This document shows positions 1-7,913 of a stretch of 60,890 nt of DNA, in pieces. Below the pieces are notes generated by a model that had not been told where the DNA came from, made no database searches, and was given only the letters and a program-made list of their open reading frames with translations. This stretch comes from an uncultured Planctomycetota bacterium (GTDB lineage Bacteria; Planctomycetota; CAZGEP01), in contig CAZGEP010000006.1 in assembly GCA_964524955.1 (NCBI GenBank), forward strand, positions 1 to 60,890, given 5' to 3'. Both the position numbers and the translations under genes were made by a program. Positions within the stretch are counted from its first letter, which is position 1, and each line of letters opens with the position of its first letter.

Positions 1-169
1 TTTGCCTTTTGGGGTCGATATGGAATGAGGGATCTGTGTCGTCATGCTCCGGACAGAGGGTTTTGAAGCCGGAGCCGTTTTTGCGGATTTCCAGATACCG
101 GGAAACGACATCTTCAATCCGGTGGGTCTGTTTAATGCGGTTGATACGGTCCTTGAACGTGAGTTCCAT
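1..169 (-). CDS. CHC2 zinc-finger DNA primase (DnaG-type), 5' part, runs off the window edge
   Basis: Not in the ORF track. Manual translation from ATG at 169 gives MELTFKDRINRIKQTHRIEDVVSRYLEIRKNGSGFKTLCPEHDDTDPSFHIDPQKGK, which has the CPxHxDxxPSF motif of primase zinc-binding domains. Confidence 0.85.
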   Translation of the reverse strand, partial: MELTFKDRINRIKQTHRIEDVVSRYLEIRKNGSGFKTLCPEHDDTDPSFHIDPKRQ

Positions 170-467
170 TATGGATTCTGCCCTTTCTGCCCTTTCGGGC
201 GCTCTGTTCTCGTTTCTCCGCTCTGCGGAGACTGGAAAACATCCGGTCTTTGAGTTTTTCAAGTGTGAATTTCAGCATGGCAGCGTTTACCATGGCGCGG
301 CCTGAGCGAAAGTGCCTGGCGTGGCTCTCTACGCCTTTACCCGTAAAGACAAACTCGCAGTGTCGCTTGTTGCCCTGGTCCCGGACCGTAATCCGGGTAA
401 GCTCATGGCCCATGCTCAGAAGGAATGCTCCTTCGTACAGATCATGGATGTGGATTTGCTGTGTCAC
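132..467 (-). CDS. DUF5659-like small protein of a mobile element
   Basis: ORF 132..554; likely start is GTG at 467 after AGGAGG. DLYEGAFL..GHEL..I......CEFVF pattern. Overlaps the primase start. Confidence 0.6.
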   Translation of the reverse strand: MTQQIHIHDLYEGAFLLSMGHELTRITVRDQGNKRHCEFVFTGKGVESHARHFRSGRAMVNAAMLKFTLEKLKDRMFSSLRRAEKREQSARKGRKGRIHNGTHVQGPYQPH

Positions 468-510
468 CTGTGGATTCACCTCCTTTCTGTGAGTGGATGC
501 GAGCGCCCTA

Positions 511-539
511 TTGATTTGCTTCCCTGTTTGTGGTATAAT
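511..539 (+). promoter_or_regulatory. sigma70-type promoter pointing antisense to the primase operon leader
   Basis: TTGATT (511-516), 17 nt spacer, TATAAT (534-539) with an extended TGn. Confidence 0.6.
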
Positions 540-581
540 GGAAGGTGAAATCAAAAGGGCCTCGGTTCTTTTGGTTATCTG

Positions 582-634
582 GAGCCGTTAAACAGGTCTG
601 GCAGGACTCTGTGGTTTAACGGCTCTTTTTCTTT
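582..634 (+). terminator. intrinsic terminator-like hairpin ending a candidate ~90 nt sRNA
   Basis: Perfect 12-bp stem GAGCCGTTAAAC (582-593) / GTTTAACGGCTC (614-625), followed by TTTTTCTTT. Confidence 0.6.
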
Positions 635-690
635 GATACCCTGTCAAGTGCATTTATTTTATTTCTGCAATTATTTCTGATGTCTCGTAT

Positions 691-707
691 TTTACGATAG
701 TCGTAAA
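691..707. promoter_or_regulatory. palindromic operator candidate for the XRE repressor
   Basis: TTTACGA-TAG-TCGTAAA in the AT-rich divergent intergenic region. Confidence 0.45.
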
Positions 708-792
708 TTTAATCAAGAATAAAATCACTTTTTATTATATAGTGGTATAATGATATCTCCTTTGCATAGCACTTGTTTTACAGGAAACATAA

Positions 793-1149
793 ATGAAAGG
801 CAGAAAATTAAAAGGCTTTGGCGACAGATTAGCAAAACTACGTAAGAGCAAAGGCATGACTCAAGCAGAGCTGGGAAAAAAAGTAGGAGTGTCCTACAGG
901 GTTATCGCATATTACGAACATGAGTCAGGCCAACCACCTGGAGCCATGCTTGTAGACCTTGCAAAAGCCTTGCAAGTATCAGCAGATCAACTACTCGGAA
1001 TTAAGAAAGTTAAGGAAACAGAAGATCCGAAAACTGCTCGTATGGTTAAACGGTTAAAAAGAATCTCCCTTCTCCCCAAACAAGACCAGCAAGCGGTAAT
1101 GAAATTTCTTGATGCTCTTGTCCAAAAACAAACTGCTGAATCGAAATAG
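793..1149 (+). CDS. XRE/Cro-CI family HTH transcriptional regulator
   Basis: FGDRLAKLRKSKGMTQAELGKKVGVS..VIAYYE....P...L..LAKAL.VS.D.LLG. Confidence 0.95.
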   Translation: MKGRKLKGFGDRLAKLRKSKGMTQAELGKKVGVSYRVIAYYEHESGQPPGAMLVDLAKALQVSADQLLGIKKVKETEDPKTARMVKRLKRISLLPKQDQQAVMKFLDALVQKQTAESK

Positions 1150-1278
1150 GCCATCGTTTCCGTACCCCTGAATTCATACGCAACAGATGTTCAGACGAAT
1201 TGATTCCCACCACCCTTTTAGCGGAGTTTTTTATGGCCCGGGAGCCCTTCGCCCGCACCGCTCGCACACGCGCACGCT

Positions 1279-1348
1279 GCCACATAATGAGGTTATCCGA
1301 CGTTGGCCCAACTGCGGCCAACGTCCGATGAACCTCACATTATGTGGC
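1279..1348. repeat. imperfect inverted repeat made of two dif-like (Xer-type) sites
   Basis: GCCACATAATGAGGTTATCCGACGTTGGCC-caactgc-GGCCAACGTCCGATGAACCTCACATTATGTGGC; each arm carries a TTATGT core. Confidence 0.75.
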
Positions 1349-1691
1349 GCTGGAAGATTCCGCTTTTTTTGATTGGTTGTAAAGTGGAGGCGCGCAAACT
1401 CCCAGCACGCGGCCCGAGCGCGAGCGACGCAGGCGAAGGGCTCCTCCGTTACTTTCGTCTTGCTGTGCCATGGCCCGAGCCGGGTGACCGTTTTTGTCGT
1501 ACTGGCGCGACGTGATTCCCCGGTTGGGTGTTCGGGCGCGGTCTGGCCGGTGGAGGAAATGATTCGTCTGCAAGCTGCGCAGCCGATCATATCCTCACCG
1601 GGATAATCGTTTCTGGTGGTCTGCATTGTCCTTTCTTTTCCCTGTCTGGAGCATCACATCCCCGCACAGAGCCGATCCAGTGGCAGGCTTG

Positions 1692-1726
1692 CCGGGCGCG
1701 TCTTTATACTGCAAAGACGCGCCCGG
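1692..1726. repeat. perfect 14-bp inverted repeat with a 7-nt loop
   Basis: CCGGGCGCGTCTTT-atactgc-AAAGACGCGCCCGG. Confidence 0.85.
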
Positions 1727-1835
1727 ACTGCGCCTTCAAGGGGCTGCGATCCAAGATAATCGCATTCCATCAAACATCATAATAATCTGTTTAGCAGAGA
1801 CTTAAAAATTAGTGTCACTTATTTTAACTTATTTT

Positions 1836-2186
1836 TCATTTTATCTGAAGGACAGGCTTCAGCCATTTTATACTTAAATCACGTTCAATTATTAAATACT
1901 GCCCTGCAACCATTTTTTGGGTACAAATTATCGCGCTGCTCTTCTTTAAGCTTGGGTGAATTATTGATGTCCAATTCGATTTCTCGATTGAAACATTCCT
2001 ATCCTCGCACACTTTATCAATAGTAATATTGAGATCTATGTTGTCAATATCAATATACCGTGCAATCCATACAGCTTCATGTTCTAAAATCTTTTTTTGG
2101 GATAATTGATTGTTACAATGATACAGAAATGAAACACACAATGAAATAATACCAATCGTGATAAATATAAGAAATATCTTTTTCAT
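1836..2186 (-). CDS. putative immunity protein for the RHS toxin, with N-terminal hydrophobic anchor
   Basis: AT-rich ORF starting 4 nt after the RHS stop; begins MKKIFLIFITIGIISLCVSFLY. Confidence 0.6.
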   Translation of the reverse strand: MKKIFLIFITIGIISLCVSFLYHCNNQLSQKKILEHEAVWIARYIDIDNIDLNITIDKVCEDRNVSIEKSNWTSIIHPSLKKSSAIICTQKMVAGQYLIIERDLSIKWLKPVLQIK

Positions 2187-2190
2187 ATAG

Positions 2191-3447
2191 TTACTGTCCC
2201 ATTGTAAAACCACTTCCCAATCGAGTAATATCACTCAAATTAACAGACTTACCACATGATTTGCAATCTTCAAAATCTCTCGAAACACCTTCAAATGAGT
2301 CGGTAGAATAAAACTCGCCGAAAGTTATTGTCTCAATAGCTGCATTGTTTACAGCTTGGCACATAGAATCATTTGTCAAACTTGCATTTGGATTACGAAC
2401 CCAATGCCATAATTCATAGCCTATATCATAAGCACCCTGTTGTTCCGTTCCTTCATCATGTTCTGGATCAGCCCAATTAGCCCCCAAGAAAGACGTAGTC
2501 TGTCCGACATCCAATGCTGCAGCGACTATACCATATAGCACATTATTTGGTGCGGTATCTCTTACACATTTGCCGCAAAACCATACAGTATTTGTGCACT
2601 TACGTGTTGCACATCCTTCAACATTTCCTCTATACCAGAAGTCTATATTCATACCTATCTCAGATAATGTCCAAGCGCCATCCCAAGCACCTGTTTGGCT
2701 ATCATCCAAATTATTTAATTGGTTGAATATTCTAATTATGTATTGCCTAAAAGCAGCGGTCACGTCAGGCCCACAATAATCAATACAGGCTTCTGCTTCA
2801 ATTTCCTCAATAAAGTCTTCAGGACTTTGTGGAACAAAAGGATTCTCGGTTAGTCCCAGCGCATCCACCCCACTCATAACAAAATACGCCCTGTACAGAT
2901 TCAATCCATCCACATACCCGATTGGGTCCCGCTGCAGGAAACGTCCCCGACTTGTAGAATACATCCGGTTCCTGTAAAACATAAGATCAGCCTCGGGATC
3001 GTGCCGCCTACCCGTAAACAGATAATAATTCCCAGACAGACTTCCGGTCGTTTCATCACCATCCCACCAGTCACCGTCTCCACCGTCACCCGTATAAACG
3101 GACACAGCGCCATAAGGCTGATAGTTCTTGTACACTTCAATTATACTTCCGGAGGTATCAATTATGGCATGAACAGAATACTGAGTATTATGGAGATAAT
3201 AGAATTGTTCGTCAGTATCAGAGAAATCGTTATCGTCATTCAAGTCAGCCCTGGCAAACACCGGTTCATCGATATACACCCCATACCAGTAATCCCGCTT
3301 CAGGTCTTCATCCGAGTAAACCCGCTCTTCAATCACCCGGTTTCCATCGAGCACATAATACAGCTCAGTTTCCTGCGAACCGGACTGATCTTCATCCGCT
3401 TTTCTGTACACGCGGCGGTTCTGCGCATCGTATGAATACTCACCCAT
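2191..3447 (-). CDS. RHS repeat-associated core protein (orphan, N-terminally truncated) with Ntox44-like C-terminal toxin domain
   Basis: YSYDAQNRR, FTGRRHDPE, YRNRMY, GRFLQRDPIGYVDGLNLY and VDALGL cleavage motif; then NNVLYG..AAALD......GA....D....QGAYDIGY. Confidence 0.9.
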   Translation of the reverse strand: MGEYSYDAQNRRVYRKADEDQSGSQETELYYVLDGNRVIEERVYSDEDLKRDYWYGVYIDEPVFARADLNDDNDFSDTDEQFYYLHNTQYSVHAIIDTSGSIIEVYKNYQPYGAVSVYTGDGGDGDWWDGDETTGSLSGNYYLFTGRRHDPEADLMFYRNRMYSTSRGRFLQRDPIGYVDGLNLYRAYFVMSGVDALGLTENPFVPQSPEDFIEEIEAEACIDYCGPDVTAAFRQYIIRIFNQLNNLDDSQTGAWDGAWTLSEIGMNIDFWYRGNVEGCATRKCTNTVWFCGKCVRDTAPNNVLYGIVAAALDVGQTTSFLGANWADPEHDEGTEQQGAYDIGYELWHWVRNPNASLTNDSMCQAVNNAAIETITFGEFYSTDSFEGVSRDFEDCKSCGKSVNLSDITRLGSGFTMGQ

Positions 3448-3481
3448 GTTTATTTCATGTCCTTTTGTTTCTCATGTTTTC

Positions 3482-4801
3482 TTACTGAGTGGCTTTGGCG
3501 GTTTTCTCCTCTTCCGTGTAGATGACCAGATCATTGTCGTCGATCTTTTTGTCTCCCTTGATCAGGGTGCCGACTGATACTTTTTCCGCAACCTTGGTGA
3601 GCTTGATGGTTCCCTTGTTTACATCGGTTCCACCAACTTCTCCGAGCAGGGCAGCCACGTCATCACCCAGGTCTTCGCCTGTGTCTTCGTTGACGACTTC
3701 GATGCGTTTCATGACATTAAATATCATTCCCGGTTTGAGGCCGATGTTTTTTCCGCCCGCGATCACAATCAGGGTTGTGTCACCTTTTTTGGCGGTCTTG
3801 ACCACATTGGTGCGCAGTTTGGAGTTTTTGATGGTCGGGATGTTGATGATTTCATACACGGCCTTGGCCATGCAGCCCATGATGGCCCGGTCCATCCGCG
3901 CCTTGGTCTTTCTGGAAAATCCCATGCCTCCGGCTCCGGCTTTGCCGCCGCTGGCCTTGGCGCCGCCACCGAACATACCGAACTTGAAGTTGGCCACGCG
4001 ACCGGATCGTTTGACTGAGGCAATCACAACACCGGACTCGGAATCCACGATCTTGAATGTAATGGTTACCCAGGAGTTGGATTTTCCAAAACCGAGCGCA
4101 CCCAGGCCAAAACCTTTTTTGCCGGCTCCGCCGCCTGCGGCTCCAGCGCCCCAGGAGCTGGCATCGGGTACGTATTCATTGACCACAGCATCAATCAGGA
4201 ACTGCGCACCGAGAAGACGTCCGATTTTGGGGGCGCTCTTTTTCCAGACCCGTCCGCTGGCGCCAAAGTCCTGTTCTTTGAGGATGTCGCCCATGGTCTT
4301 CTTGCTTCGTTCCACCAGGGTAAACCGGCTGGTTTTGGCAAATTCAGCCATGAGTGAGGCTTCGAGACCGGCTACCGCAATACCGGCATTGGCGCCGTGC
4401 TTGTTCATCATGCTCTGAACGGAATCCGCCACCTTGAAATCCACAATGCCGAAACGCTGTTTGGGACCGTTGTATGCAGAGTAGTTGATCAGCCACCAGT
4501 AGTCTTCGGCAATGGACTTTCCCTTCAAGTAGTAGGTGTTTTTCTTGTTGTTGTAGTTCATCTTCTTGTCAATGAGCATGACGGACTTGCCTTTGTCAAA
4601 GTAGGGGAGCCACTGGGAGGAAAGAACGGGCTGCGCATCTTCTGTTTTGACCCAGTGAGCCTTGTTGGAGCTGTCGCCCCCTCCGCTTTCGATTTCTGTA
4701 TCGTCTGAACGTCCGCCTCTTCTGTCCGCTTCCAGCGGAGATGTAAATAGAACCGCCACCACTGCCAGCAACCCCATCATCAGATATACATGCTTCTTCA
4801 T
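3482..4801 (-). CDS. CsgG/HfaB-family envelope protein with FlgT-C-like C-terminal domain
   Basis: Signal peptide; RFTLVERS...ILKEQDFG.SGRV....PKIGRLLGAQFLI motif; C-terminal GGKNIGLKPGMIFNV...DTGEDLG. Confidence 0.8.
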   Translation of the reverse strand: MKKHVYLMMGLLAVVAVLFTSPLEADRRGGRSDDTEIESGGGDSSNKAHWVKTEDAQPVLSSQWLPYFDKGKSVMLIDKKMNYNNKKNTYYLKGKSIAEDYWWLINYSAYNGPKQRFGIVDFKVADSVQSMMNKHGANAGIAVAGLEASLMAEFAKTSRFTLVERSKKTMGDILKEQDFGASGRVWKKSAPKIGRLLGAQFLIDAVVNEYVPDASSWGAGAAGGGAGKKGFGLGALGFGKSNSWVTITFKIVDSESGVVIASVKRSGRVANFKFGMFGGGAKASGGKAGAGGMGFSRKTKARMDRAIMGCMAKAVYEIINIPTIKNSKLRTNVVKTAKKGDTTLIVIAGGKNIGLKPGMIFNVMKRIEVVNEDTGEDLGDDVAALLGEVGGTDVNKGTIKLTKVAEKVSVGTLIKGDKKIDDNDLVIYTEEEKTAKATQ

Positions 4802-4999
4802 GAAAACCTCTCCTGCGGCTTGGCCGCAAAAAAATGAATGTACGTGTTGATTGCTTGAAAAAATATACAGATTTATTTTATTTACCGCGCAATTTGAGTC
4901 AAGCTGGAAAAAATTTTTAAAAAGAATTAAAGTTATGGGTTAAGTCTGCCGATTAAATAACAGATACATTTTGTTGCATACTTTTTTTGGATAGCTGAA

Positions 5000-5740
5000 A
5001 TGCAGGAGATAAACGCGGTCCAATCTTTCGCAGGTGGTTATTATAAAACCGGTTATGTTGGAAACAACCCGGAGCGGGATTCGTATGTCTCACAATCCCA
5101 AACCGCGAAAGAGTCACAGGAAAATGAGGCTGAAGCTACCGGAAAACCAGCTGAAGAGTCCAGAAAAAGATCCATCAGCGGCAAGGAACTGACCGAAGAA
5201 GAACAGCAGAAGGTGGAGAGGCTCAAACAACGGGATCGCAAGGTACGCAGTCATGAAAACGCGCATGCAGCTGCCGCAGGTCCGTACAAGCGAGGGGGAG
5301 CGCAGTTCAGCTACAAAACCGGTCCGGACGGAAAGCAGTATGCGGTCAGCGGTAATGTTTCCATTGATATGGGGTCGGAATCCAGCCCTGAGGCTACCAT
5401 TGCCAAGATGAAAACGATTCAGCGTGCAGCGATCGCCCCGCAGGACCCGTCTGCCCAGGACCGGTCTACCTATTCTGCTGCTGTCCGTCGTGAAATGAGC
5501 GCCCGACAGGCATTGCGCGAAGAGGAGCAGCTTGAACAGAAGAAACGGCGGGCAGAGACGTCCGGGGATTCAACAAACGCAACGCATACTTTGGTCATGA
5601 ATCAGTCATCTCCCCTGGCCAGAGCGGATGTTACTGAACCGCAGGAAACAAGGACCTGGGATGCCCAACAATCGTACAACCGCCAGGATATTTCCAGGTC
5701 CGGTCATGGACAGACGGCCCGGCTTGATTTTCAGGGTTGA
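5000..5740 (+). CDS. SprA-related family putative metalloprotease
   Basis: LKQRDRKVRSHENAH, YKTGPDGKQYAVSGNVSID, AAIAPQDPSAQD. Confidence 0.85.
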   Translation: MQEINAVQSFAGGYYKTGYVGNNPERDSYVSQSQTAKESQENEAEATGKPAEESRKRSISGKELTEEEQQKVERLKQRDRKVRSHENAHAAAAGPYKRGGAQFSYKTGPDGKQYAVSGNVSIDMGSESSPEATIAKMKTIQRAAIAPQDPSAQDRSTYSAAVRREMSARQALREEEQLEQKKRRAETSGDSTNATHTLVMNQSSPLARADVTEPQETRTWDAQQSYNRQDISRSGHGQTARLDFQG

Positions 5741-5760
5741 ACACACAAAAGTGATTTTCC

Positions 5761-7017
5761 ATGTGCACTGAGATTTCCCCAACCTATGATGAGATTATGC
5801 AACGTACGGAGCGTTTGGTTTCCACGCACGGTGACGTGGCAACCCGTCTTGATGCGGGGGCAAGCGAAGCCGGCAATCTGCCGCTTCCTTTTGTAGAAAT
5901 TACGGACAGTTCCGTTTCGCTGGACCGCAAACAGATCATGTTGGTAACCGGCGGTGTTCACGGCAGTGAAGAATGCGGACGTGCGGTCGCCATGGCATTC
6001 TGCGAATGGCTGGTTACGCACGGAAGATCTCACCTGAGTACACAATCGTTTATTGTCTGTCCCTGCCTGAATCCGGACGGCGCTTTGAAGAATCAGTCAC
6101 AGACCGGTACCGGTCGAAATATCTACACTTCATGCCGCATCGGCACTTCGGAGACGGATACCGCGGAAGCCGCGGCTGTGCTGAGACTGGTTGATACATA
6201 CCTGCCCGAGTGCTGCGTGGATATTCACGGCCTGGGCGGCGGCGCGGTCGGGGATACAATTTACGTAACACCGGGTCTTTCGGGAAACCTGAGCACTGCC
6301 GTGGGTTTTGACGTAGGGTATGAGATGAGCCGTGAAGCCTCTGCCAGGGGATTTGTACAGCGCGATCCCTATATGCAGCCCGACTATAATAAAACCGAGG
6401 GAGGCATTTCCTGGGTCAAGAAGACTGCGGTAGAACTCAACACGCTGAGCTTTACCGTGGAGTCCAGCGAACACATGCTTCCGATCAACGAATCTGAATC
6501 CAGCGGGCTGTGCCGCATGATCCGGCTGGTACAGATCGGAGAGCGCGCGCAATGGTACCAGCCCTATGCCGGTTATCCAGTGGATATCCTCACGGACAAT
6601 GGGGCGGTAGCCCTGATGCCGCACGGAACCTTTCCAGGAGAACGCAGGCAATCCCGCAGGGAAATTATGACCGCGATTCATGAAGGCGGCATCTGGAATG
6701 TGGAGCGGGATGTCGCCGACCATGCTGCTGGTTTCGATCGCACCGCGACCGCTCGCCTGATCTGTAGAGAGGAGCTCCGATCGTATCCATCCCGCTTTAC
6801 CATCCAGTTGATGCTGGACCGCAGGGCGTGTGTGCAGCAGGTCCGGTTCAACGGATCAGAACTCAATCCAGATCCGATTCACGGATTTAAAGAGCGACTG
6901 GGACCGGAAGGGCGGTTTGTACGGATTCATATCAACCGCAAGCCGAAGTCCGGCGAGAATATCGCAGAGGTCCAGTACAGAATGCCGGTCCAGCCGCACG
7001 ATCCTATGACAGTCTGA
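5761..7017 (+). CDS. M14 family zinc carboxypeptidase-like protein
   Basis: GGVHGSEECG (HxxE), PCLNPDG, DIHG, FTVES. Confidence 0.8.
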   Translation: MCTEISPTYDEIMQRTERLVSTHGDVATRLDAGASEAGNLPLPFVEITDSSVSLDRKQIMLVTGGVHGSEECGRAVAMAFCEWLVTHGRSHLSTQSFIVCPCLNPDGALKNQSQTGTGRNIYTSCRIGTSETDTAEAAAVLRLVDTYLPECCVDIHGLGGGAVGDTIYVTPGLSGNLSTAVGFDVGYEMSREASARGFVQRDPYMQPDYNKTEGGISWVKKTAVELNTLSFTVESSEHMLPINESESSGLCRMIRLVQIGERAQWYQPYAGYPVDILTDNGAVALMPHGTFPGERRQSRREIMTAIHEGGIWNVERDVADHAAGFDRTATARLICREELRSYPSRFTIQLMLDRRACVQQVRFNGSELNPDPIHGFKERLGPEGRFVRIHINRKPKSGENIAEVQYRMPVQPHDPMTV

Positions 7018-7113
7018 AAATAATCAAATATTCCCTTGAAAAAAGGTGTAAAACGGGTACAGTTACCGTTTGACTGTCCTTTATTTTCTGAACTTTTTAT
7101 GGAGGATTTACGA

Positions 7114-7287
7114 ATGGGATGTTGTGACGAACATTCGGAAAAGATGTGCGCGGCGGCCTGCTGTCCCTGTAACCTGGATCTGGAAAAAATCAAGGCTCTT
7201 GTAAAAGACGCCAAGTTCATCTGCAAGGCGTGCGGCCGGGTGGCTGCAGAAGAAAAGAATCTCTGCCAGCCGGTTCCCCTGGACTGA
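7114..7287 (+). CDS. small Cys-rich protein (57 aa)
   Basis: GGAGG RBS at 7101; MGCCDEHSEKMCAAACCPC...FICKACGRVAAEEKNLCQP. Confidence 0.7.
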   Translation: MGCCDEHSEKMCAAACCPCNLDLEKIKALVKDAKFICKACGRVAAEEKNLCQPVPLD

Positions 7288-7317
7288 AGTTTCTGGGGGG
7301 ATGCTCATCCATCATGG

Positions 7318-7854
7318 ATGTGCCGGAAACAAAGAGGGAGGGATTGCAGCTGGACTGGGAGAGCGCTGGCCATGGGCCTGACCCTGCCCCGCCTTCATAT
7401 TGCGGATATCCACCTGGTATACAATCTGCTTGTCGGACTTAAGGAGGTGGATCCCGAGCGTGTGGGTATCAGCGGTCTTTCCGGCGGCGGAACTCTGACG
7501 TACCTGACTGCGGCGTTTGACACCCGGTTCAAGGCTGCAGCCGTGTTCTGTGGAACCGGCAGTTACCAGGATTACGCCATGGACGGCGGATGTGGCATGC
7601 AGGTGGTTCCGGGATGGTTTCCGTACGGCGATACATCGGAAATATTTTCCATGATCGCGCCCCGGCCTCTGCTGGTGGCGCAGGGCAGGCTGGACGCAAC
7701 ATTTAACGTGATCCGGACCGCGGAAATGGTGAACAGGGCTCGGTCGGCCTATAGTGCGGCTGGTGCTCCGCAGCGGATCCAGTTTGAAACGCCTGAACTG
7801 GCGCATGAGTATGACGCGGATCTTGCCGCTGAGTTCTTTCTCCGGTGGATATAG
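7318..7854 (+). pseudogene. alpha/beta hydrolase (acetyl xylan esterase / dienelactone hydrolase-like), N-terminally truncated
   Basis: EVDPERVGISGLSGGG nucleophile elbow, IAPRPLL, C-terminal HEY. No room or RBS for the usual N-terminal half. Confidence 0.6.
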
Positions 7855-7913
7855 CCTGATTGATTCTGAAAAAATTTTGAAGGAAGACCGGTCCAGCCGG
7901 ACAACAAAATAAT

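Noticed and set aside
1046-1782. Several short ORFs on both strands (1231..1626, 1303..1515, 1373..1606, 1528..1782)
   Set aside because: They overlap each other, lack RBS or motifs and lie in GC-rich hairpin DNA; treated as non-coding.
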